64,000 bases of DNA from Planctomycetota bacterium. Lineage in GTDB: Bacteria > Planctomycetota > UBA1135 > UBA2386. Below are positions 19,355-27,800 of the stretch, piece by piece. How positions within the stretch are numbered: the stretch's first letter is position 1; the number at the start of each line of letters is the position of its first letter. The translations under genes and the position numbers were made by a program. The notes below the pieces were generated by a model. That model was not told the DNA's origin and did not search any database. It was given only the letters and a program-made list of their open reading frames with translations. The stretch covers positions 1,376,001 through 1,440,000 of the forward strand of contig OZ245838.1 in NCBI GenBank assembly GCA_965228735.1, read 5' to 3'.

Positions 19355-19432
19355 TGGTATCCCGTAGGGGATTTGAACCCCTGTTACCAGAATGAAAATC
19401 TGGGGTCCTAGGCCTGGCTAGACGAACGGGAC
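19355..19432 (-). tRNA. tRNA-Glu (TTC)
   Basis: Acceptor GTCCCGT/ACGGGAT, anticodon arm CCAGA-TTTTCAT-TCTGG, T arm AGGGG-TTCAAAT-CCCCT, encoded CCA. Confidence 0.97.
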
Positions 19433-19449
19433 CGGTTGTTGGGGCGAGG

Positions 19450-19477
19450 AGCTTATCGCGGGTCCGCGGCGATGCAA
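19450..19477 (-). promoter_or_regulatory. sigma70-like promoter for tRNA-Glu (TTGCAT-N16-TAAGCT)
   Basis: Consensus-like boxes just upstream of the tRNA 5' end. Confidence 0.55.
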
Positions 19478-19518
19478 CCCCGGCTTCGGCCGTGCAGTCG
19501 TCGACGCGGATCACCGGC

Positions 19519-20502
19519 TCAGCCGAGGTTCTTCCACTCCTTGATGCTCGGCAGCTCTTGCAGCGAGGCCAGGCCGAAGCGCTCGAGGAAGTGCTTGGTC
19601 GTGCCGTACTGCAGCGGGCGCCCCGGGACATCGGCGCGGCCCGTGACCTGCACGAGCTTGTGCTGCAGCAGACTGCGCAGCATCGGGCCGGCCTTCACGC
19701 CGCGGATCGCCTCGATCTCGCTGCGCATCACCGGCTGCCGGTAGGCCACGACCGCGAGCGTCTCGAGCGCGGCGGGCGACAGCTTCTCGAGCTTCTTCAC
19801 GCCGCGCAGACGCTGCAGGTACGGGAACGTCGTGTCCTTCGCGAGCCACTTGACCGTGTCGCCGTTGCGCGCGAGCTCGATCGGCATCCCGTGTTCCGTG
19901 ATGCGTTCCCGCAGCAGTTCGAGTGCGGCCTCGACGAGCTTCTGGGTCGTGTTGCACGCCTGCGCGAGCCGGAACACCGTGAGCCCTTCGCGCGACGTCA
20001 GCATCAGGACGAACACGACGTCCGCGACGGCGGCCGCGTCCGCGAGTTCGGGCACCTCGGGCAGGCCCTCGTCCTCGGCCGGCAGCTCTTCTTCGAGCTC
20101 GGCCGTCGAGGCTTCGTCCGCGATCGCCTGCGCGAGCGTCTCGGGATCGATCGGCGGCTCGTCCCTATCCGCCTCGTCCCTATCCGCCTCGTCGCTTCCG
20201 GTCTCGTCGTGGCTCGCCGCGGTGGGCTCGCCCGCATCGTCCGCGAGCCCGTGGAGGGAACGCTCGCTGTCCGCGTCCGGGTCGCCGTCGCCGGCATCGG
20301 TCCGCGAGCTCAGCATCGCGTCCTCGCCGACGTCGACATCCGGGAGTTCACGGTCCGCAACGACGAGGTCCTCGGCGAGCTCCGCGCGCTCGTGCGCGAG
20401 CAGCTCCGCCGGTCCACGCGCGTGGCCCGCTTTCCGTTCGGCCCCCCCGGGCCCCAACCGTTCGTCCGAGTCCGGCAGCGGCTCGCGCGAAATGTCGTCC
20501 AT
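19519..20502 (-). CDS. scpB: SMC-Scp complex subunit ScpB with long acidic N-terminal extension
   Basis: LSPAALETLAVVAYRQPVMRSEIEAIRGV, GRADVPGRPLQYGTTKHFLERFGLASLQELP. Confidence 0.93.
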   Translation of the reverse strand: MDDISREPLPDSDERLGPGGAERKAGHARGPAELLAHERAELAEDLVVADRELPDVDVGEDAMLSSRTDAGDGDPDADSERSLHGLADDAGEPTAASHDETGSDEADRDEADRDEPPIDPETLAQAIADEASTAELEEELPAEDEGLPEVPELADAAAVADVVFVLMLTSREGLTVFRLAQACNTTQKLVEAALELLRERITEHGMPIELARNGDTVKWLAKDTTFPYLQRLRGVKKLEKLSPAALETLAVVAYRQPVMRSEIEAIRGVKAGPMLRSLLQHKLVQVTGRADVPGRPLQYGTTKHFLERFGLASLQELPSIKEWKNLG

Positions 20503-20536
20503 GGCTCGCCACTTCTAACCGACCGAACGCGCGTTG

Positions 20537-21586
20537 TCATCGACCGTTCTGTTCCTTGACCGGGGCGCCGTCCCCGAGCTCCGCGACCGTCCCGCGCCAG
20601 CGCAGCGTGTAGGCCGAGGTCTCGAGCTGCGTCAGCGGGCGGTCCTCGAGGTCCTTGTCGAGCTCCTCGCGCACCTCTTCGAACGACACCTCCCGGCCCG
20701 CGAATCGATCGAGGCAGTACACCACGAACCAGCGCGATTCGTCGCCGACGGCCTTCTCGAACGGCTCGCTGACCTCGCCGCGCTCGAGCTCGAACGCGCG
20801 TTCGGCCACCGGGTGCGGGAAGCCGCGGCCGAACGCGGGCAGCAGGCCACCATCGCGGCGCCCGTCCTCCGACCAACGCACGGCAAGGGTCGCGAAGTCC
20901 GCGCCCGCCCGGGCCTTCTCGCACACCTCGCGCGCGATCGCCTCGTCGCGATGCATCATGAACCGCACGCGCACCCGGTCCTCCCGCAGCGCGAGGTAGC
21001 GGATCACGTAGCCCTGGTAGAGCCGCTTGGCCGTGCGCAGCCGCAGGGTCCGCCGCCACGCCTCGAGCCGCATGCCGAACATCGCGAAGACGTAGCCCGG
21101 AAAGTCGAGCTCACCCTCGAGCTCGCGTTTCACCTGATCCTGCAGGCGCGCCTCCTCGGAAGCGGCGAGGCGCTCTACGCGGTCGGGGTCGACTCGGATG
21201 CCGTGCTGCTCCGCGTGGCGCGCGACGAGCACGTCGAACACGAGCAGGTCGATCGCGAGCAGCGCGAGCTTGGGGTCCGCGACCATGAGCCGCGAGAACG
21301 CCTGACTCTGCCGCAGCTCGCGCTCCCCGATGCGCGCGACGACCTGGTCCGCCGCGTCGTCGGGCGGCAGGAGGATCTCGGGCCCGAGCCCGGGCGCCGA
21401 CACCGGCTCCTGCGGCGCGAGCTGCACGCTCGGCTCGTTGCCCTCACCCGGCGTGGCAACGGGGGCCACGCCAGGACGCTCCCCCCCGCCGCCCGTGCGA
21501 CCGGTCTGCCGCGGCCCGAGCGCGCACGCGGCGAGCCCGAGGCCAAAGGCCAACAGCGCGACTGCGTTGCGCGAACGGGCCCTCAG
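20537..21586 (-). CDS. Parvulin/PpiC-type peptidyl-prolyl isomerase (SurA/PrsA-like lipoprotein)
   Basis: LLAFGLGLAA-C, GADFATLAVRWSED, GGLLPAFGRG, AFELERGEVSEP; start assumed at CTG overlapping upstream TGA. Confidence 0.8.
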   Translation of the reverse strand: MRARSRNAVALLAFGLGLAACALGPRQTGRTGGGGERPGVAPVATPGEGNEPSVQLAPQEPVSAPGLGPEILLPPDDAADQVVARIGERELRQSQAFSRLMVADPKLALLAIDLLVFDVLVARHAEQHGIRVDPDRVERLAASEEARLQDQVKRELEGELDFPGYVFAMFGMRLEAWRRTLRLRTAKRLYQGYVIRYLALREDRVRVRFMMHRDEAIAREVCEKARAGADFATLAVRWSEDGRRDGGLLPAFGRGFPHPVAERAFELERGEVSEPFEKAVGDESRWFVVYCLDRFAGREVSFEEVREELDKDLEDRPLTQLETSAYTLRWRGTVAELGDGAPVKEQNGR

Positions 21587-23070
21587 TAGGCCTTGAAGCT
21601 GCGCATCCACTTGGTGTTCTGACACAGGAAGCACGGGGTCCGGATCACCTTGCCGTCGGGCCCCATGTCCGGGGTCGTGCCCTGACCGTAACACGAGACG
21701 CACTGCGCGACCGAGGCGTAGGTGACCTTCAGCTGGCCGCCGTACTCGGCGTAGTAGGCCCGCAGCCAGCCGGCCTTCTCCTTCCGCTTGGCGGTGCGCC
21801 ACCAGTCCTCGTCGGTCTGCTGCTGCTGCTGACCGGCACCGCCCGAACTGGCCGCCCGCCGGCGTTCGAGCGCCTGCTTGAGCGCCCGCGCGACGCGTTC
21901 GATCTCGCGGCTGTTCTGCTGCGCGGCGCGCTGCGACTTCTGCTGGCCCTGGGCCTTCTCGACGTTGGTGCCCTTGAGGATGTTCTGCTCGCCGAGCACC
22001 CACGAGCCGATGCCGTAGCCGAAGTGCTCGGTGCGCTTGCCGCCGGGGTAGTTCTCACGGTTGCCCCACAGCGTCTGCACTTCCTCGACCTCGAGGTCGT
22101 ACTGCTGCGCGACGCGGGCGAAGAGGTCGTCCGTCATCTGGTTCTCGGCGTAGTCGCGGGCGGCCTGCAGCGTCAGACCCTGCTCGATGACCTTGCGTTC
22201 GGCGATCGACCGGATCGACCGGCGGAAGTTGTCGGCGATCTGCCGCGCGAGGTAGCGCTCGCGCGCCTTGACGAAGCGGTCCTTCTCGACGTCGAACTCG
22301 GCCTGCAGCCGCGCTTCGGGGAACTCCGACTCGAACTGGGCGATGAGCTCGAGGCCCTTCTTGAACTGGCTCGCCGTGCCGCGGCTGCGGCACGCCTGGA
22401 TCGAATCGAGCAGCTCGCGCTCCTTGGCCGCGAGGCGGTAGCGCTCGAGCTTGGTGAACAGGCTGTCGAGCCGGCCCGGATCCTTGCTGTTGTCGAGCTC
22501 GCGCGCCTTGTCGAGATGCAGCTTGGCGTGCTCGTAGTCGCGAACCTTGATCAGGTCCTCGGCCATGAGCATGTGCTCGTCGGCGTTGCTCGGGTCCTCG
22601 ATCTTCGCGAGGCGGACCGCATACCACTCGTCCGCGGTGTAGACCTCAGCGACGGGCACGTCGATCTGACGCACCTGCACGTTGTCGATCGGGATCCGGT
22701 ACGGGGTGCCGCGCTTCTGCACGACGATCGCATTGCCCGACCGTTCGACGATCTTGCCGATGATCGTCTGCTTGCGGCCGGCGAGCTCGTACTCGACTTC
22801 CTCGGCGCGCACGAGGATCTCGTCCTCGACGTCGCTGATGAGGTTGTTCTGCCGCTTGATCGCGTTCGCGGTCGCCGGGGCCAGCTGGTCCCAGCGCAGC
22901 TCGAGCGTGCCGCCGTTGTCGATCCGCTTGACGACGCAGCCTTCGCCGGTAGCGGATTCGACGGTCGCGAGCAGCAGCCGCCCCTCGGCGAGCTGCACCG
23001 TCTGCGCCGACGCAGTGCCCAGCAAAGCCAGGCAAGAGAGCAGAGACAGGACGTCGATCGTTCGCTTCAT
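21583..23070 (-). CDS. Exported hypothetical protein with C-terminal CxxCxGxG...CxxC motif
   Basis: Signal peptide ending TASA-Q; CVSCYGQG...CFLCQNTK. Confidence 0.75.
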   Translation of the reverse strand: MKRTIDVLSLLSCLALLGTASAQTVQLAEGRLLLATVESATGEGCVVKRIDNGGTLELRWDQLAPATANAIKRQNNLISDVEDEILVRAEEVEYELAGRKQTIIGKIVERSGNAIVVQKRGTPYRIPIDNVQVRQIDVPVAEVYTADEWYAVRLAKIEDPSNADEHMLMAEDLIKVRDYEHAKLHLDKARELDNSKDPGRLDSLFTKLERYRLAAKERELLDSIQACRSRGTASQFKKGLELIAQFESEFPEARLQAEFDVEKDRFVKARERYLARQIADNFRRSIRSIAERKVIEQGLTLQAARDYAENQMTDDLFARVAQQYDLEVEEVQTLWGNRENYPGGKRTEHFGYGIGSWVLGEQNILKGTNVEKAQGQQKSQRAAQQNSREIERVARALKQALERRRAASSGGAGQQQQQTDEDWWRTAKRKEKAGWLRAYYAEYGGQLKVTYASVAQCVSCYGQGTTPDMGPDGKVIRTPCFLCQNTKWMRSFKAY

Positions 23071-23118
23071 GATTCGGCCTTCGGTCGAAGGGACAGGGGG
23101 GTCGTTGTGTTGCGTTGC

Positions 23119-23589
23119 TCAGCCGCCCGTTCGGGCGTCCTTGAAGCGTCGCACCCGCTGCCCGAGCGGCAGCGTGCGCGGCAGGATGCGGTAGAAGACT
23201 TCGCTGCTGTCCTCGCCCTCGTCGAGCCAGCGGATCTCGAGGCGGATGAGCCAGATGTCGGGGCGCAGTTCGTCGGTGATCGCCTCGGCGCTCCACGACA
23301 TGCCGGGGAAACCGGGCACGGTCTGGTCCGTGAGCGCCGCGACCTCGAGGTCGAGGTCGGAGTCGCCGCCCTGCGCGCGCTGGATCGCCTCGTAGCGGAT
23401 GCGGTGCATCGCGACGTCGGCGAACTTGGACGCCGCGAGGCGCGCGTCCGTCGTGCGCCGCTGGCCGACGCTCGAGCCGAGCGCGCCGAGCAACGCCGTG
23501 ATCCCGACCAGCAGGATCCCGAGCGCCGCCAGCATCTCGGCCAGCGTGAAGCCGCCGTCCTTGCCATGCAGTGCTTTGGGCTCAGCCAT
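23119..23589 (-). CDS. Prepilin-type minor pseudopilin (GspI/PilV-like)
   Basis: G|FTLAEMLAALGILLVGITALLG; ~156 aa. Confidence 0.85.
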   Translation of the reverse strand: MAEPKALHGKDGGFTLAEMLAALGILLVGITALLGALGSSVGQRRTTDARLAASKFADVAMHRIRYEAIQRAQGGDSDLDLEVAALTDQTVPGFPGMSWSAEAITDELRPDIWLIRLEIRWLDEGEDSSEVFYRILPRTLPLGQRVRRFKDARTGG

Positions 23590-24805
23590 TCCAGTCGTCC
23601 TTGCGGTGCGGGATCGGGATCGCGAAGTCGACCTCGCGACCGACATGAACGCGGACGCCGGCCGGATGTGCCGTCGCCTTGGTCCAGCGGACACCGCGGC
23701 GCAGGCCGGTGAGCCGGTCGCCCTCGATGCGATTGTAGCGGATCCACTCGCCGCGGACCTTGACGTAGCCGCCGTCCTCACTGCCCGGGAAGCGGTCGGG
23801 ATTCACGAGCCGCAGCCCCTGATCGTCGGGCCCGATCGGCCCGGCGAGCAGGCCCTCGGCCGGCAGGTCGCTCGGCATCGCGACGACGCAGTAGACCCGG
23901 ATCGCGTGCGGGTGGATGTCGTCCGCCGGATCGGTCAGGCTCGCCGACCCGCGATCGAACGCGAACTCACCGCCGAGGGCGGCGTCGACGAGCAGCCCGC
24001 CGCGGGCGCTGTCCCAGATCACCTCCGGCGCCGCGCTGCCGCTCTGCCCCCAGCTCGCGCCGTCGCGCAGCTGCCAGCTTTGGGTGTTCTGCGACCAGAA
24101 CCGGAACTCGCAGTGCAGCAGGTCTTGCAGGATCGGCTGCGTGTTCTGCAGGATCGTCAACGCCGGCAGCGCGGGCGAACCGGGCAGTTCGACGAGGAAC
24201 GGGTCGACGTCGACGTCACGCACGCGCACCGTCTGCCCCGGCAGGAACCACGCGGCGCGCAGCTCGAGGAACGCGTCGTCCGCGCCCTCCTGACGCCACG
24301 GCAGCAGCAGCAGGTTGCCGATGCCGCGCAGCGGCTCCTGCTTCCGCAGTCGGGCGACCTCCTGCGCGATCTCGCCGTCCGAGAAGTCGGGGTTCTCCTC
24401 CTGCACGCGCACCGCGAGTTCGCCCTCGACGAGCGGCAGCTCGCGCGCCGGCGGCAGCGACACCGCGGCGCGCACGACCTGGACCAGCGTGGCGTCGGGT
24501 TCGGCGGCCGGCGGCAGCCCGATCGGCAGCAGCTGCACGAGCAGGCGATCATCGGCCTGGCGGCGGTCGCGACCGGCCGCGCTGCCGCGCAGGAGCGAGA
24601 GCTCGTCGTTGATGACGCGCTCGGCGCGGTTGCCGCGGTCGGCGAGCACCTGACCGATCTCGCCCTCGGCGAAGAGGTCGAGGCCGAGCCCGACGAGCTG
24701 CACGAGCATCACGAGGAAGCCGCTGAGGATGCCCATGACGATCACGAGCTCGAGCAGCGTGAAGCCGCCGCTCCGATTCGCCGAGCTGTCACGACGGTGC
24801 TTCAT
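23582..24805 (-). CDS. Prepilin-type minor pseudopilin (GspJ/PilW-like)
   Basis: G|FTLLELVIVMGILSGFLVMLV; ATGA overlap with upstream gene. Confidence 0.85.
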   Translation of the reverse strand: MKHRRDSSANRSGGFTLLELVIVMGILSGFLVMLVQLVGLGLDLFAEGEIGQVLADRGNRAERVINDELSLLRGSAAGRDRRQADDRLLVQLLPIGLPPAAEPDATLVQVVRAAVSLPPARELPLVEGELAVRVQEENPDFSDGEIAQEVARLRKQEPLRGIGNLLLLPWRQEGADDAFLELRAAWFLPGQTVRVRDVDVDPFLVELPGSPALPALTILQNTQPILQDLLHCEFRFWSQNTQSWQLRDGASWGQSGSAAPEVIWDSARGGLLVDAALGGEFAFDRGSASLTDPADDIHPHAIRVYCVVAMPSDLPAEGLLAGPIGPDDQGLRLVNPDRFPGSEDGGYVKVRGEWIRYNRIEGDRLTGLRRGVRWTKATAHPAGVRVHVGREVDFAIPIPHRKDDWNG

Positions 24806-27800
24806 CGCGTCGTCACCCGTTCGTCGAAGATGCGGGTCTGGCCCTCGTACTCGACCCGCACGCGCGAAACGCGCGCCGAGGTCTTCCAGCCGTGCGCCTG
24901 CTGCCCGATGAGGTCGAGCGCGCCGGGCTGATACATCGTCGAGAACCGCACCTCGATGCGGCTGCTCTGCGCGCCGATGATCCGCGGCTCGTCGTCCTCG
25001 CCGTTGCGCGTGAACTCGAACAGCCCCGGCGTCGTCGTCGGGTCCGCGGTCCACGGCGCGCGGCCGTTGGTCCGCACGTGACAGACGACGTCGACCGTGC
25101 TGTCGCGCACCTCTTCGCGCCACGAAATCGAGCGGAAGAACGCGGGCGCCGACGTGTGCGTGAGCTGCGCGTAGGCGAGCTCGGGATCATCCGAGCGGTC
25201 GGCGTGGCGATCCCAGTACCGGAACGGCCACTCGATCAGAGGTTGCCCCGAACTGGCGGAGTTCGGCGCGGTGCCGAAGCGCCCGCGGAACAGCCCGCGC
25301 GCGAGCGAGCTCGTGCCGGCCTGCCCCTCGGGATACCAGCGCGGCATCTCGAGCGTCACGTTGTCACCCTGCACGCGCATCCACGTGTAGTGCGCGAGCT
25401 CGTTGCCGAGGCGGAACGTGCCCATGCTCGGCATGGCGCCGCGACCCTGGACGCGGAACACGTTGTCCCGCGCCGCGGCCTGGCCGCTGAGGATCGCGAC
25501 GGGCCGGTTCGTCAGGAGCCGCACGCGCGCGCCGCGGTCGTGGTCGCGCTGTTCGGTGCCGAGCAGCCCGCGGCCGTTGGTCGCGATCGTGAACTGCCCG
25601 TTCACGAGGTCGCTGTAGGCCAGGATCTCGCCGTCGATCTCGAGCAGACCGCCCTGCCGCGGATAGTCCGCAGTCTGGTCGTTGGTCCAGGTGACCATCC
25701 CGGTCGTCGTGTGCGAGCTGTAGACCCGCACGAGGAACGTCTGCGCGTTCGCGGTGAACGCTTCGTCGACGACGAGCTGCGGCAGCCGGTGCTGCACCAC
25801 CTCGATCTCGTCGACGAAGCCCGCGATCGGCGAGTCGTTGCCGATGCCGGCACCGACCGGGACCTGCGCACAGTAGGCCGCGGGCAGCTCGCCACTCGGG
25901 AACTTGACCATCCGGTCGAAGCTGCGCGGGTCGGTGATCTGGTTGCGGTTCTGCGGCGGCCCGGTGAACAGGCCCCGCACGCCCTGCTTGAACGCCACGA
26001 GCTGGAACGGCCAGGGGCCGAGCAGTTCGCTCGGGGTGCGGTTGTTCGAGAGGTTGTCGGAGCGGTATCGGCGCGCGGCCCAGTTGACCGTGTGCCACTC
26101 GACGGTTGGCCGGCTGTCGCCAGACGCCGCGGAACCCTGGATCAACGCGACGCGATCGTGCCGGCCGGGCCGGCCGTTGAAGGCCCCGAAGTTGCCCCAG
26201 CTGCGCATGTCGAGCCGCTGGCACTGCATCACGATGGAGTTGCTGTGCGGGTGCGACGACGTGCGGTGGCTTCCACCGGTGCGGAAGTCGAGCATCATGT
26301 CGCCACGGAACGCGAGTCGAGCACGCGCACGATGGATCTGCGGAAAGTTGGCCTCGAGCTGCGGAACGTATCCGATGTAATCCGAAGTCGCCTGCACGTT
26401 GGGCCACGGCGGCGTCGTGGCGCCGGCCGGCGTTGCGCTCGGCCCTAGCGGCCCGACTTCGACGTTGGTCACGCCAACGACGTCCACGAGACCGTTGTAG
26501 GTCCAGTTCCACGCCGCGCGGTTGACGCGTGCGATGTGCTGGTTGCCGAGGATCGCGTCGTAACGCACCCACTCGGTGTCGTCGACATCGCCGCCGTCGG
26601 GCAACAACTGCACCCATTCGGTCAGCTGAGTGACCTGCGGATCCCATAGCGACCGCGGGTCCTGCACGGGCAGGGAGATCGGGATGACCCAGAGGATGAT
26701 GCCCGGGACGTTGTTCCAGTAGATCACCGGGTCCGCATTGCGGTCCCACGCCCAGTCGATGTTGTACTCGGTGATGAACTTGCGAGCGGTGCCGTCGTAG
26801 ATGTCGGAGTTGATCCGGCTGTCGTCGCCAGGCACGCTCTGCGCGCGTTGGACATCGACCAGCCTGGACCCATTCCGCGAGCCGTAGCGAATGACCTCGA
26901 TGCCCCCGGCCGGCTCACTGACGGCGATCTGCCCTTGGACGTTGGCCCGGAACTGCCAACGGCGTTGGAGCAGGAGTGCGTAGCCGCCGGTCTCCGGGAA
27001 TCCGTTGAAGATGTCCTCCTGCGCCGCGTTGGTCGGCATGCGGCGTTCGCCCTGCTGCGCCGGTTCGGGGTTCGCCAACTCGAGATCGCCCGCCCAATTC
27101 TCATCGAGGCCGCTGCCGATGTTGATCGGCCCCATGCCCTGGATCTGCAGCTGAATCGGTCGCGGACTGGTCAGGAACCCGCGCGCCACGGCAAACCCAC
27201 CGACTGCCGAACCGAGGCGCGTCTCACCCACCATCATCGGCGAGTCCGGCGACAGGAGGTTGCAGTAGCCGTAGAGCTCGACGCGCGCACCAACGGGGTG
27301 GGACGGGTACACGTCGAGGTTGACGCCCTGCAGCTGATCGATGTCGATCGACGGATTGCCCTCGGCATCCAGCGGGATATCCGGTCGATGCTCGCTCGCG
27401 ATCTGCCGCGCGCCGCGCCCCCCGAACGAGTCGAGCCACTGGCACTGGAACGTGTTGCCGCTCACCGCGGTGTACTCGAACAGCTCGGTGCCGATCCGCA
27501 GCACCCCCTGCGGCGGGAACCCATCCGCGTCCTCGACGTCGATGTTGAGGTAGCGCTGGTTGCCGGCACCCGGCGGGAACGTGTTCTGCGTGATCTGCGC
27601 CTGCGGATCGAACGCGTCGATCGGCGACGTGAGATACGTCACGAACTGCTGCTTGCCGCGCGGCACGCCGTCGACGTGCAGCGACAGGTCGTGCGGCCGG
27701 CCGCTCTGCGCCGAGACCGCGAGGTGTACGGGCGTGTCCGCCGGCAGGTTGATCTCCGCGAGCGGCACCTCGACGCGCAGCGACGTGCGCTCGACACCCG

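Noticed and set aside
19230..19432. Integrative element or prophage at tRNA-Glu
   Set aside because: No integrase, no duplicated tRNA 3' end seen, terminator directly follows, no obvious compositional shift
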